A stretch of 62,712 nucleotides of DNA, counting the filler, from Stramenopiles sp. TOSAG23-3 (lineage: Eukaryota), in assembly GCA_900128585.1 (NCBI GenBank). It is 20 parts of 20 records of this genome, joined end to end, with 100 filler letters (N's around TTAATTAATTAA, not from the genome) between each part and the next. Parts side by side here need not be neighbours in the genome. Positions count along the whole stretch, not along the records: positions 12,616 to 15,666 come from LT644444.1; positions 15,767 to 18,813 come from LT644445.1; positions 18,914 to 21,956 come from LT644446.1; positions 22,057 to 25,099 come from LT644447.1; 16 more parts are not named here. The stretch is one strand, 5' to 3'. The position numbers and the translations under genes are program-made. This document shows, piece after piece, positions 12,516 to 25,199 of this stretch. Position 1 is the stretch's first letter, and each line of letters begins with the position of its first letter. The notes beneath the pieces were generated by a model. The model made no database searches, was not told the DNA's origin, and was given only the letters and a program-made list of their open reading frames with translations.

Positions 12516-13572
12516 NNNNNNNNNNNNNNNNNNNNNNNNNNNNNNNNNNNNNNNNNNNNTTAATTAATTAANNNNNNNNNNNNNNNNNNNNNNNNNNNNN
12601 NNNNNNNNNNNNNNNCGGCCCCAAACGAACGTTTATAAATTGTTTGCCCTCCATTGACTTGGAATTACGGTTCCTAGGGACAATTTGTTTGCAACTGGGC
12701 GATTTAGACCAAATGCCACCCCAACAAACACTTATTCATTTGTTGGCGTTAGAAAAATGAACCGTACTGGCATACTTTTATATATTAGAAAGCACTTCTG
12801 GCGGTTTAAATTTATAAAAATTATCCTTTTTTCATAAAGATCTCTTCGTTTGAAATAGTTAACACAATGTTGTTTACCATTTTTCAATTCCGCGCCAAAG
12901 ATACTTGCATCCTTCCTCTCGTCGCAACGTCTCCCTTGAAAAAATAATAGAATCATAGTATAGTATACTAATAAATGTACTTGTTTTACCTATATAATAT
13001 TTATTTCCCAAAATCGGAACTTTTTATTGGATTATTCTTCGCGAAAAAAACATTTTTTTCCTTCTATAATACCTTGGTACCAAGTAGAAATAACTTTTTC
13101 TATCCAACTTTTATTTTCTTTTTCCTTCCTCTTTGCCTTGCTTCTGGTAACTACGATATCGTAAAACAGGGTGTACCATCAATAAAATAATAATGGAAAT
13201 TCATGAAAACACTTAAAAACATATGTACAGAGTACAGTAATCTTAGGAGTATTCCTATTTATACTCGTTTTTATTGGATTTTCCAAAAAAAGGTGATTTT
13301 CCGTTCATATAAGTATATTATTTAATAGGTAAATTAGACTAGACCACGAGGTTCAGGATCTCACTCGAAACTAAAAATCAAATTAAAAAATCAAGATAGG
13401 ATTATATTTTGTTAATTTTTTTAACTTTTAAATAAATGTCTTTTTAGTTAAAGCTAAGCTTAATAAATGTGGTTATAAGTAAAAGAGAGTGTACTTTACA
13501 GCGGGTGTCTTGCCTTGTTCACAAATTCTTGCAGCTTTTTACCCTTCGTACTCACAGACGGGCATATTTCGT

Positions 13573-14793
13573 TTAAAGCCCGACGTCTTGAAGAACTTTT
13601 TTGTACATGTCCATGTTTCTGCTCAATATATCTGTTAGTGGACCCATCACCCGTTTAAACGTCGCACGATCGGTTGAAAGGAGTTTGCAATCGCTTACGG
13701 CATAAACGTTTGCTTTCCTAGGTTGATCTGTGAGCAACGCAATTTCTCCAAAATACCCTCCTTCTTCCACTTGCAGGACTTCGATCTCTTCGTTTCCCGA
13801 GTTGATAGTACATTTGCATTGGCCTGATCGCACAATGTAGAAATTATCGCCGGTGTCCCCTTGTTTTATCACCTGCTCTCCAGCGGCCAGGCTGACCACT
13901 TGCATGGCATCTGCGATAGTCAATCGCTCTGTTTCCGTCAGTTCGCTTAGAAGAGGGATGTTGCTTATCCATTTTGCATTTTGTTCTCGGAATGCAGTCG
14001 TGGCGGCTTGCATGGAGTACCTGAATGTGTCTTGATCTAGGGCCCACAGCTTGACGGCTCCGACCGCTTTCACGGTAGCAGCGCGAGGGGCATTGTAGAG
14101 CAAAGCAAGCTCTCCAAACGCGGCACCGGACCCTTCCTCGTAGGTGAATACTTTTTCCTCCTCGCCCCCGTTCTTGGAAACGTACACATCGGCAATACCT
14201 TCGTCCAGGATGTAGAAGTTATCCCCGGCGTCACCTTGTTGAATAATTACATCCCCATCGGACTTCGTGATCGGCGCCAAAGCGTCTGCCATCATTTCTC
14301 GCTGTTCAGCTTCTAACTTGCTGAAGAATTTATTCGACGTCAAAATTGCAAGAAGCCTTTCCCGTTGGTCGTTGGTCTTTTCGATCTTCGTCGGGGTAAA
14401 GTCGTCTGCCAACTTGGTGACTGTTGCTGAGATTGCCGCACGTTGTTTTTTCGGTTTGAACGCCGGGAGCTCGTCGATAAAGTCGTCCTCATCGTCTTCT
14501 GAATCGCTGTCGATTCCTAGCCCGTTGCCGCCCGATTCTTTCTTTTCGGGCGCCTCGTCCTGCCAAGTCCAAGAAATCCCGTCTTCGCCCTTGGTCTCGT
14601 CGACGCTGCGGATGTACCTACCCGTTGTGACTTTTTGTGGATACTTGTGGGTTAAATAATCCACGATGAATCGGATCGGGTTCTCCGGTTTATACATCAG
14701 CATCTGCTCCGTCATATCTACATACAAGGCATTGATATCATTCACCTTGACGTAGTCGTGCACTGCCTGCAATGTATCGTCGCTGTCTGCCAT
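13573..14793 (-). CDS. cAMP-dependent protein kinase regulatory subunit
   Basis: N-terminal D/D-like domain, RAAISA inhibitor site, and two cNMP domains (FGELALLYNAPRAATV; FGEIALLTDQPRKANV). Confidence 0.93.
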   Translation of the reverse strand: MADSDDTLQAVHDYVKVNDINALYVDMTEQMLMYKPENPIRFIVDYLTHKYPQKVTTGRYIRSVDETKGEDGISWTWQDEAPEKKESGGNGLGIDSDSEDDEDDFIDELPAFKPKKQRAAISATVTKLADDFTPTKIEKTNDQRERLLAILTSNKFFSKLEAEQREMMADALAPITKSDGDVIIQQGDAGDNFYILDEGIADVYVSKNGGEEEKVFTYEEGSGAAFGELALLYNAPRAATVKAVGAVKLWALDQDTFRYSMQAATTAFREQNAKWISNIPLLSELTETERLTIADAMQVVSLAAGEQVIKQGDTGDNFYIVRSGQCKCTINSGNEEIEVLQVEEGGYFGEIALLTDQPRKANVYAVSDCKLLSTDRATFKRVMGPLTDILSRNMDMYKKVLQDVGL

Positions 14794-15503
14794 GTTCTGG
14801 TTCTCGTTCGTGTATTTGTTCCGCTTCTGACGGTAGTACGTTCGTGCGTGATTAACGTTCAACGTTTTGTTTCTTGAATGAAAGTGAAGATTTGTACCTT
14901 CCTTTTAATTCCTCTTTTCGCTAGCGAACTCCTTTTTCTTTCCCCATCGATGCGTGACATGATACCTTTTGATTCAATCGGTGTGAAGAAAGAAGCAAGC
15001 ACACTCCTACTACTATAATAACTACTCACACACCTCCTCCTTCCCACATAAATTATGATTAATAACAACAACACCACACAGCATCATAAACGACTGTCAT
15101 AAAATTACAACAAAGAACGAATTGAGAAAGATAAAGAATATATAACCAATATTATAGTATATAAGAATAGCACCATCAATAAATTAATAATATTATGCTA
15201 ACATAGAAATAACATAAAAAGAAAAGAAAATGTAACGTAACGAATACATCAAAAAAAATCATCATTAGTAGACGACTACGATAGAAAGATTAATTCCAAT
15301 GATGATGATATATAAAGAAAAAAAGAAAAAAAGAAACGCATGAAGAAGAAATGAAAAAAAAAGAAAATGAACTATTTATTATTAAAATTAACCTATTAAG
15401 AAGAAGGAAGTGAAGTGAATAGATTAACAATATATAAGTACATAATAATTTTCGTATTTATTTATTATATCGCAATAGCACCTAACGCTGTAATAATATA
15501 ATA

Positions 15504-15545
15504 CGATGGTGATACGATACGATACGATACGATACGATACGATAC
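15504..15545. repeat. (GATAC)n microsatellite
   Basis: About seven tandem GATAC units. Confidence 0.85.
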
Positions 15546-15766
15546 TGAAGAAGCAAACAGAGAAGGGAAAAAAAGTCAAGAAAACAGAGAAGAAGAAGAA
15601 GAAGAAGAAGAAGAAGAAGAAGAAGAAGAAAGAAGAAGAAGAAGAAGAAGAAGAAGAAGAAGAAAGNNNNNNNNNNNNNNNNNNNNNNNNNNNNNNNNNN
15701 NNNNNNNNNNTTAATTAATTAANNNNNNNNNNNNNNNNNNNNNNNNNNNNNNNNNNNNNNNNNNNN

Positions 15767-16199
15767 TCCCCTTGTCGTTTGTAATTAAATATTCGTTTCT
15801 GTACAACACGCCAGTCCCGCCTTTCCCATGAATGTACGACTGCAACGCTATCAAAGACGGGTCCGACGCCATTTCTCGGGCCATGAACGGCCCAAGCTCA
15901 GCGGCGTCCAAAAGTTGCGGCTGCGCCCCCCCGGCATGGTTTCGCCTGCACACTGCGGCAAACCTTTGCTCGTTCTTTGGGTCTAACAATCCTATTTTTA
16001 CAAACCGCTCCCGAACGGACTTGATATCTATTACTCGCTTCCTAACGACTTCTCCATTCCGGGATGTAAACAACCAGCGGACTGGGGCCCCTTCACTAAC
16101 CAAAATAGTATCTGGAATGCAGACTCTGCACCGTTCCGTTGCTTGGTGCTTCCACAAGGAGTGGAAAACCCAGCCCGACGGTCGATTCACAGGTGCCAT
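15767..16199 (-). CDS. Hypothetical protein, N-terminal fragment
   Basis: Globular-looking ORF from ATG to the contig end. Confidence 0.6.
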
Positions 16200-16920
16200 G
16201 GTTCGAACCCGTTAGAGCGCGCCTTCCAACGACTAGACTACGCTTCCGTTTAAAGACACTCCTCTTCAAAACGTTCGTTCGTTCCGGGCGGTATGGAAAC
16301 GGACGCCTTGACTCGAATGGGCGGTGGTTCTAAAGACAGAAAGAAGACAAAGAGAAACAAATGGAAAAAATGTACTTCTTTGAATCGTTAATTGCATTTC
16401 TTTAACTCTCTTTCTTTCTACATTTGTTCTTTGTTTATATTTAGTAATCAAAAGTAAGCCATGTATATGTTCCTTCTACTACTTCGCGAAATGCAAGAGA
16501 GCGAGCAATAATAAAACAATTAATAATAAAAAATAACGGAACACAACATCGAAGCAGCAAGAAGCTCAAATTCCGTTACTATTATTATTATTATAGCTAG
16601 TCTAATAGCCCCTTAGCTATATATTAAAGGACCGTTGTGAAGATTGGTTCTTCTAGACTATTAAAATGTATGTATTTATTCAAATGATAGGAAATAATAG
16701 TATATGTAGATAATGTAATATAATTTAAATATAATTAATACTAAAGAAAGCATTGGATATGTTTGTTATTTTATTTTTATTCCTATTTATTTCATACTAT
16801 AATTAAGTATAATAATATATCTAAAGTTTTCTTTTTTCTTGGTTGGTTAGTAGTTGGGATTAAAAATAAAATTAAACGAACATCGTAATTTAGTAAGAAT
16901 TCTTACTTTTTGTAAAAGAT

Positions 16921-18030
16921 TTACTTCTGATTCCGTTGCAATGCTTTTATTTGGTTCAATAAATCTTTTTCATTGTTTCGCAACTCGTCGATTTCGTTCA
17001 CAAACCTAGTTATTCTCGTCTCTGCAGATTGGAGCTGCTGAAGCAACTGCTCCCGTTCTGCGGACAACGTGCTGGCTTGAGATTGAAGGGCAATCATGCT
17101 GGCCGTCTCTTGCTCGTTGTCGCGACCGCGCTCGTTGTTCTTGTGCCTTTCGTCAGCAAGCTCGTTCGTCAGCCGCATGTTCTCCGCCTCGAACGCTTCT
17201 AATTCTTCTTTCAGCCGGTCCTCGCTCTCTCTAAGTTCTTTTATTTCGAATTCTGCCGTCCTTGCAACTTCCCGATTGTGCGCCATCTCCGTGGCTTGCT
17301 GCTGCAACCAATCCGTCCGAGTCATTTCGTCCTCGCTCAAATGGTGCAAACTCTCCCCGACTAAATCTATCAACATTTGCATGCTCTGGTGGTCCACGAC
17401 ACACTCCCCATGCATTCGGCGAAGGGCAAAGTCTTGGCTCTGCAGGGCCAAGTGGTCGTGAATTTGCCCCATGACGGACGTAATGTCGTCCTCGGCCCGC
17501 GGCTCGACATGGCCGCCCCGTGGCTGGTACGGCGACGTCCCTCGCATCCCAGCCTTTCGCGGACTACCCGCAGCCTTCTGCCGCTTTCGCAAGGATTTCA
17601 AGTGAAGGTTTTCCTCTTCCAGGGCCGCGCATTTCTTTTGGGTGTTGAGCAACTCGGTCGTCAGGCTATTAAAATACATGTCCCCCTCCCCTTTGGACTC
17701 GGAAAACGCCGCGTTTACTATTGCCCCAGAGGCACTTGCAGCGGCGAGCATATCGCTGCCGGGCGTGCTCAAGCGAGGGGTGGCACTCAGGACTCGAGGC
17801 GTCGTTCGGCGACTTTGTCGGCCACCGCTGGTCGGGGTTTTGGCCGCGCGGGGAGTTCCATACGGAGACCCACCCCTCGACCGTCCACCAGATAAGATGG
17901 CACGGGGAGACGAGTCTTGGGCGACACGATCTACAACGCTGGAGTTCCTCAAACTATTCAAGCTTTTGTCTATTATCCCTAGGACCGTATTTAGGTTTTT
18001 CCCAGAAGGGCTGGCACTAAACGACGTCAT
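16921..18030 (-). CDS. Coiled-coil protein with S/T-P-rich N-terminus
   Basis: 369-aa ORF with a heptad-rich C-terminal half. Confidence 0.7.
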   Translation of the reverse strand: MTSFSASPSGKNLNTVLGIIDKSLNSLRNSSVVDRVAQDSSPRAILSGGRSRGGSPYGTPRAAKTPTSGGRQSRRTTPRVLSATPRLSTPGSDMLAAASASGAIVNAAFSESKGEGDMYFNSLTTELLNTQKKCAALEEENLHLKSLRKRQKAAGSPRKAGMRGTSPYQPRGGHVEPRAEDDITSVMGQIHDHLALQSQDFALRRMHGECVVDHQSMQMLIDLVGESLHHLSEDEMTRTDWLQQQATEMAHNREVARTAEFEIKELRESEDRLKEELEAFEAENMRLTNELADERHKNNERGRDNEQETASMIALQSQASTLSAEREQLLQQLQSAETRITRFVNEIDELRNNEKDLLNQIKALQRNQK

Positions 18031-18375
18031 GGTGGTTGTACACGAAATGCAAACAGGGAGGTCTACTTAATAAAGTACTTTCAAAATATACTGTTCAATA
18101 GTTCCATCAAATGGTTCCCGTCTCAAGTTTCAATTTCAATTGAATAAAAAGGTGCACAATCCGTTCAATTAAAATATATATTCTTTCCAAAGCACGAATG
18201 GAAGGAAGGGAATGGCATCCCCCTATTTTTTTGTTCATAATTATTATATTATTTTTTTTTAAATAATAATAATTATTATTTTGTTGTTTGTTGTTGTGTT
18301 GTTGTTGGAGGGAGTGGAAGGTGGAAGGTGGAAGGTGGAAGGAAAGGAAGGGGGTGCATAAGTTCAGTCGGAGAG

Positions 18376-18552
18376 TATATTTAAATAGGTAATTAATATG
18401 TACTTGTATATTATAACAATACAAGATCTTATTTTAATCGCTCCGGCACCCCCGCCGCCCCACCCCGAAAACGTTCTAGTCTCTTCAATATTTAAATAGG
18501 TAATTAATATGTATTTGTATATTATAACAATACAAGATCTAATTTTTTAATC
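18376..18552 (+). repeat. Direct repeat pair (~60 bp)
   Basis: ATATTTAAATAGGTAATTAATATGTA(C/T)TTGTATATTATAACAATACAAGATCT at ~18377 and ~18488, either side of a GC-rich spacer. Confidence 0.8.
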
Positions 18553-18913
18553 TTGCAGTGCGGTTGGGTCTTATTAGAACTAAATATATAGGAAATAATG
18601 TTTAACAATTAATTACAAAGAGACATTACAAAAGACAGTACATAAATATCTAATCGAATTCCTCCAGACGATGATGGATTCTTTCTGCCAACGTAAACCT
18701 TTTCTTTCTGTTCTTTTTTTTAGATAAACATACTGTGGCAGAGCATTGGGGCTGATGATTTGGTATAACTGGACTGCTAGACTACGAAGTGATGATTTGT
18801 TGACGTTACCTACNNNNNNNNNNNNNNNNNNNNNNNNNNNNNNNNNNNNNNNNNNNNTTAATTAATTAANNNNNNNNNNNNNNNNNNNNNNNNNNNNNNN
18901 NNNNNNNNNNNNN

Positions 18914-20057
18914 GTACCCGCCCGTCGACACGCCACCGCCCATCACCCTTCCCCCGTTCCCGAACTGAGACGAGTTTTCGCGGCTACCCCCCGCCCCTTG
19001 CCGACCCCGGCGAGCGCCAGCCGATGCAGAAATGAAAACCTTGGGCGCTTGGCGAACCCTTGGCGGGGCCTCCGCCACCGCCACGCCGTTGCCGTAGTTC
19101 CCCTGCTGGGCCTGCTGCTGCTGCTGCGGAGGCGCCGACCGTGCCGGGCTCGCCTGGAACGCTTCGTTCATTTGTTGGTACGTCCGGTCCGCCACGCTCA
19201 TCGGGTACTGGCCGTACTGCTGCTGCTGGCTGTGGGGGTGGTGGTACTCCTGCTGCGGGGGGGGGCTGCTGCTGCTGCTGCTGCTGCTGCTGCGGCATTG
19301 GGTATCTACTATTGCTATTATGGTTGCTGGTGGTACGGGACGAGGAGCTCTGCCAGGTGGGGGCGGCAGCGCGGGCGTTGACTTGGGTCGTTGCTGCGCT
19401 CGAGAAAATATTGTTTTCACGGCTGGCCGACTGCCTCCAGCCGCCGCTACCGCCGCGGGCGCTACTGACGGTCCCGACGGCTACCCCGCTGCTGGCCCCG
19501 CTGCCACCGCCTGGCAAAAAGTTCAAGTCGCTCTGCTGCCCCACCTGGGTCCTTGTCTGGGCGTGCGCCGGGTTCTTCGAACGGTCGTAGGGGTTGTCGT
19601 AGTGGCCCTGGCCCGCGTGGGCGAAGGGGTTGAACTGGCTCGAACCGCCGCCTGCAGACCGGCCAGAACCGCCCCGCTTTTCCATCATCCCAGCATATTC
19701 TGTCTTGGAATTCATCGGGGCGTTACCGTAGCCATCCCCTGCGCCGTCGCCGCCGTTCCCTCCCTGAAAATTGTACTCCGAGTTCAACGGGACCGTCTGC
19801 GACACGTACTGCTGCTGCTGCTGTGCGTGGTGCTGCCCCTGCACGCGCGCTTCTGACATTGAGTGGTAGTCCTGCTGGCCGTTGTGCTGCCCCCCCCGCG
19901 CATTCCGTGAAAAGTTTGTCGGCCTGTTCCCCCGTGCGCTCGGCGTGTCCTCGAACTGTGTGTACGGGGACCAGTTCGAGTTTCCCCCAGGGGGCTGAAG
20001 CCGACGGAACCCGTTATGGCCGACCTTGCCCGCTCGTTGCTCTTGAGAAAAATTCAT
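18914..20057 (-). CDS. Disordered G/Q/N-rich protein with a PPGG motif (Jupiter/HN1/SPIRAL1-like); frameshift at G9 19257-19265; 3' partial
   Basis: RRLQPPGGNSNW at the N-terminus. The Q/G/Y-rich composition switches frame exactly at the homopolymer (QQQPPP then QQEYHHPHSQQQQYGQY). Confidence 0.6.
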
Positions 20058-21607
20058 GGTTCGTAAGGAGACAGACGCGTAGTTAGATTCGTTGTGAGAT
20101 TTGTGTCCAACTGCATCGTCCTTGTTTCACGCCATTTAAAAAACTGTTGGTTCATTCATGTAATAGTATAAATCATGAAAAGAACAGAAGACTTGCCATT
20201 CATTCATTCCGACCAGAAAGAAGACCCAAATAATAAATATAAAATTATTATTATTATTTATTTTTATTATTTATTATTTTTATTATGATTATTAATTAAT
20301 AAAACCAAAAATTAAAAAATAATAAGGAATTTATTTACAATAATAATTTAATTATAAATGAATAATGAAAAAGGAGTATTATTCTATATACACAGCATTT
20401 ATAATACATTAATGCCTTAATTATAGAATCATCTGATTATATTTTTTATTTTTTTGAATGAAAGAAGAAGAAGAAGAAGAACGAGATATTAGAACTACTT
20501 TATTACACTACACAGCATAAGGAATAGTAGATTAAATAACAAAAAAACGGTTTTAGAGAAGAAAAATGAAAGAAAAAAAGAAAAATGAAAGAAAAAAAAA
20601 AGAAAAAAAATGAAAGAAAAAAAAAAGAAAATAATTAAAAATAATATCCTACTATTTCTATGTATGTGAATTATCATACATGGTACAGCATCGAATTAAA
20701 AATAATATCCTTTTTTGATTCTTTATTTTTTGTTCTGTCATCGATCTTCTTCTCTTCTTCTTTTTTATTAGCTATGCTTTAATAACTACGAGTAGAACAC
20801 GACTAAAATAGAGACAAATGTGTAGAGAAAGAATCCACAAAAATAGAGACAAATGTGTAGAAAGAAAGAATCATCCACAAAGTATTTTAATGGCTTCAAT
20901 TCGATTTAATCTATTATTAGTACTATGTATAATAGTCGTCTAAATAATAATAAATAGAATTGAATCAGAAATAAACAAAAAGCAAATAAAAGGGAGGGGG
21001 GGCAAAAATGTCCCTACGCACTATTATTTACCATGTAATATTAGTCACAAAAAAATGCTCAGAACGTAAGTAAGTAAAAGGAGGAGGGAGGGAGGGAGGG
21101 AAGGGTCAGAACTTTTTGTACTCCTCCAAATAGGAATAATAGAAATACCATCAAGAAAGAAAATGAATCTATACAAAAACATAAAAGAAAAGAAAAAAAA
21201 CATTCTTCTTCCTAAAAAGAAAGAAAGAAAGAAAAAGAAAGAAATACATGGTGACACTATTGGATTCCAGTTTGATTGTATTAGTCGTCCAGTTGTTTTT
21301 CCCATTTTTTAACAATTTATATATTTTTCAATGCTATGTTTATATATATAATAATAATTATTATCTCTCAATCTGTGGGCCACCTACCACCGGATGCACC
21401 CGTCCACCATTGATGTACCTGGTACGTAGAAGATGCATGTACGGATGCATATAAACAAACAAAGAATGTGATGAACGAATTAGACAGAAAAGTGTACAGT
21501 GGTAGTAGGTGGCGTTTCCATCGCACAAAAAAGTAAAGGAAAAGAAGGAAAGAAAGTCTTTAACAAAGAAAGAACATTCGAACAATAAACTCTGAACGTG
21601 CCAAAGG

Positions 21608-21956
21608 TTATCTCGAAACGACACGGACCAGAAGAACGAACGCCTGCCTTGATCCCCGGGTGACGTCTACCTGCAACCCATACAAAATGTTGTTGGTGCA
21701 GCCCCAGTACTCCCCCAAGTCGACGATTGCCAGTGTGGGCTTCAACAGAAGCGTCACCGTGAAACGGGAACTCAACGTACTAGCAAGTGGCAAAAAAACA
21801 CGCCGTCCCCCCACACTATATGTCTCGACCGGAGTGTCACTCCCCGTTTGTAACACCAAGTCCCCCCCCCCGCAGCCTGGAACGTTCGCCTCGATCGGCC
21901 CCGAGCTTGCCCATTCGTATCCCCAGTCCTCCTGTCTCCCCGCCAGTAGAATCCAA
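21608..21956 (-). CDS. Hypothetical protein, C-terminal fragment
   Basis: Open frame from the contig edge to TAA at 21608. Confidence 0.5.
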
Positions 21957-22189
21957 NNNNNNNNNNNNNNNNNNNNNNNNNNNNNNNNNNNNNNNNNNNN
22001 TTAATTAATTAANNNNNNNNNNNNNNNNNNNNNNNNNNNNNNNNNNNNNNNNNNNNTATTTCTACAATTACGCCCATCGCTAAGCTTTGCGAGGAATCCA
22101 ATAGGTACCAAGTCGTTGTGGGTATTTGAAACGATTTACCAGACACCTATTGCTCGGCCCTACTGGTAAACCTTCATTTTCAAACCAAT

Positions 22190-24097
22190 ATGTCCGCAAT
22201 TGCGAAAGCAAGGCGAGAGAAACGCGCACAAGAGTTGGCCGAAAAAAAAGCAAAACTTGAAGCTCTCCGAAAACGGCGGGCCGCTCGTTCAGCAGGGGCA
22301 TCTTCAACCCCTGTGAGCACACCGCAAGAAACGGAAAAAAGGCAGGCAAAGAATTATGAGGATGTGAATGATCTTGTTGACGAGCTGTTAAAGTCGCCAT
22401 CGCCATTGACTTCGGAGACGCCGAAAGTTAGTGCTCCCGAAAGTAGCGCCCCTGAAAAACCCGCGAGCGTGAAAAACGTGGACGAGAAATCAGGTGCTAA
22501 GGCTAGGCAAAATGAGCTTAAGCTATCCCCGAGTGTGTGCATTTTAGACATTCCCTCCGAAATTGGCAAAATAACATATCACAAGGGAAGCCAAACAGAC
22601 CTTTCGGGCGCCGATATCGACGCTCTGATCGCCGCTGCTGCCAATAACGCGCCGGGGAGCCCTGCCAAAGATAGCCCTCTGCTCTTGCCCCCTACGTTGC
22701 CTCCGCCCGCGCTGAGCCCGAAAGCGCGATCACGGGTCAACTCTGTTAATGCCCCTGGCAGTGATGCTGAATTTGGAAACGCGATGGAAAACCTATCTTT
22801 GGGAGGCCAAGGGGTGCTGAACGAAGAAGATCGGAATGGTATCATTAACTCAGCACAGTTTCGGGATTTCTTTGTGAAGAGCGCTCGCATTTGCGAAAGG
22901 GCCCTCGAGAATCCCGTGGATACAACGTTGGTTTACGGCGCGGAACGACCGAATGAAGATAATGTTGGCGTAGAAGAAGATCAACTGGTGTCCGAGCACA
23001 TTTTTTTTGACAAACGCTGGTCCGCCAATCGAGCCGTTGCTGATATCGACTGGAACCATCACTACAAAGAATTGGTTCTGGTAGCAATGGCGCCAGTCCA
23101 CTCGGGTCTCCAAGGTTCCCAGGCGGCGTCTCCAGCCATGCGGATGGGAAACAACGACATAATGTCGTCGACACCGAGGTCCGCGAGTGCGGTAACGGGG
23201 TCTATCATGCATGACCCCGATGGGGTAGTGCTCTTGTGGTCATTGCACAGGCCAAAGACCCCAGAGTTCGTGTTCAATTGCCAGAGTCCGGTCACTTGTG
23301 CCTTGTTTGACCGTTTTTCCAATAATTTTGTTTTAGGGGCCACGTACAGTGGGCAGATTGTTTTATGGGACATGCGGGCTTCGTCTAGGCCTGTCCAGAG
23401 CTCACCCTTGTCAACGGACTGCCATACGCACCCCGTGTTCTGCGCGAACATAGTCGGCACGCCGAACAGCCATGAAGTAGTCACCGTGAGCACGGATGGG
23501 AGACTGTGCACTTGGAATTTGGGGCAGCTGGACCAGCCGGCGGAGACGGTGTCGTTGATGCACGACAACAAAGATCTTGCCATCACGGCGATGTCGTTCC
23601 CGTCGTCTGGGGACAGCAACACCTTTTGCGCTGGTGGGGAAGACGGTTGCGTGTACTTGAGCCAAGTTCATAGTAACAAGTCCCAGGCGGGTGCGAAGCG
23701 CCATCCTGGCCACCATGGCCCAATAACAGGCCTGGATTTTGGCACGGGGCCAAACGGGGAGGATGTAATGCTTACTTCCAGCATGGACTGGACCGTCAAG
23801 CTCTGGAGCCATAGGCCAGGAGACGTTCGTAATCCCCTTCAGGTCGTCCAAACATTTTCTGGTGGCAGGGACTGCGTATACGATGCAAGGTGGTGCCCAG
23901 GCAGACCGAATACGTTCTGCACGATAGGAGGCGAGGGGACACTGGCATTGTGGGACATAGAGAGAGACACGGAGGCAGCAATTTATGAAAAGCGTTTGGG
24001 GGAAGCTTTGAATAAAGCACGGTGGAGTGAAGGTGGGGAGCGGATTGCGATAGGGGGAGTGTCTGGGAAGCTTCAATTGTTTCGTAATTTAATGTAA
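22190..24097 (+). CDS. Cytoplasmic dynein 1 intermediate chain (WD40)
   Basis: N-terminal helix ELAEKKAKLEALRKRR, light-chain motif TYHKGSQT, PDGVVLLW, GATYSGQIVLWD, HTHPVFC and TSSMDWTVKLW. Confidence 0.92.
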   Translation: MSAIAKARREKRAQELAEKKAKLEALRKRRAARSAGASSTPVSTPQETEKRQAKNYEDVNDLVDELLKSPSPLTSETPKVSAPESSAPEKPASVKNVDEKSGAKARQNELKLSPSVCILDIPSEIGKITYHKGSQTDLSGADIDALIAAAANNAPGSPAKDSPLLLPPTLPPPALSPKARSRVNSVNAPGSDAEFGNAMENLSLGGQGVLNEEDRNGIINSAQFRDFFVKSARICERALENPVDTTLVYGAERPNEDNVGVEEDQLVSEHIFFDKRWSANRAVADIDWNHHYKELVLVAMAPVHSGLQGSQAASPAMRMGNNDIMSSTPRSASAVTGSIMHDPDGVVLLWSLHRPKTPEFVFNCQSPVTCALFDRFSNNFVLGATYSGQIVLWDMRASSRPVQSSPLSTDCHTHPVFCANIVGTPNSHEVVTVSTDGRLCTWNLGQLDQPAETVSLMHDNKDLAITAMSFPSSGDSNTFCAGGEDGCVYLSQVHSNKSQAGAKRHPGHHGPITGLDFGTGPNGEDVMLTSSMDWTVKLWSHRPGDVRNPLQVVQTFSGGRDCVYDARWCPGRPNTFCTIGGEGTLALWDIERDTEAAIYEKRLGEALNKARWSEGGERIAIGGVSGKLQLFRNLM

Positions 24098-25199
24098 TTT
24101 ATGCTTAACCTGCTTTGCCTGCGTATTTTACATTAACTGTGTTAACGTCAGTAGTATAGTGTTTAACATTTGCTTTTTCGACGCGCTTTGCGTACAAGGC
24201 GAACACGACCAAGGAATCGGTCAGAACACCTTTCGGACCGAGGGCCACCCAACCGAACGTACAGACTTTCACGGCGGAATGCTTCCGTTCACCGTTTAGA
24301 CCCACTTCCGCTGCTATCAGATTTAACAGGTGGTTGAATGGTAGGAATAAAGGCCGGGATACCGTGCTCTACACCATATTTCAAACGGTCCCCAGACTTC
24401 ACGCCATGCTTCGGTGTTTGCTTTCCACGCGGCATGACTAAATTGTTGTTATCTGCTTTGGTTATATGAATGAAAAACCGTTTGCTACTTTACTCAATTG
24501 AACTGCTATAATTTGTATATTCTATGTATTTCCCCCCCTCCAGTTCGTTCTTTTTGTGTTCTTTCTGTTTTGTTTTTGTTTTCGTCAATGAGAAGTTTTT
24601 AAAGTGTATTATAGTAAATGATCTGATTAATAATAATGATGATGTAGTATGTAGTAATAAAATATTATAATATGGAAGAAGAAGAAGAAGAAAAAAAAAA
24701 GAAGAAGAAGAGGAGGTTTTTTATTTTTTCTTCTTCTCTCTTCTTTCTTTTCTTCTTCTTCTTTCTTTTCTTCTTCTTCTTTCTTCTTCTTTTTTTTCTT
24801 CTTCTTCTTCTTTTTTTTCTTCTTCTTCTTCTTCTTCTTTCTTTTTTTTCTTCTTCGTTCCTTTCTTTTCTTTTTTTTAATAATGGTGGTTTTTTTTAGT
24901 TGGTTGATTTTTGTGGCAGATATTTTAAAAAATACTGGTAGTATATAGTGTAATATTACCAGTATTAATACTTGGTGGTATTATTTATATATTATTTTAA
25001 TAAAATTATATTATTACCTGGTAGTTATTAGACAGTTAATTATATAATTAGTGGTGTTTGTTTTGTGGGTTGTAGATAGGGGGGGGGGGGGGGGAAAAAN
25101 NNNNNNNNNNNNNNNNNNNNNNNNNNNNNNNNNNNNNNNNNNNTTAATTAATTAANNNNNNNNNNNNNNNNNNNNNNNNNNNNNNNNNNNNNNNNNNNN

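Noticed and set aside
18665-18813. TGATGA/CTGA boxes suggesting C/D snoRNAs
   Set aside because: No convincing terminal stem or recognisable rRNA guide; truncated by the contig end.
20805-20882. ~35-bp tandem duplication (also 12-bp triplets at ~48365-48398)
   Set aside because: Ordinary slippage duplications in intergenic DNA.
24230-24280. GAAAGTCTG and GGTCCGAAAGG resembling RNase P/MRP or SRP RNA motifs
   Set aside because: The complementary P4 strand and the SRP helix-8 consensus were not found.
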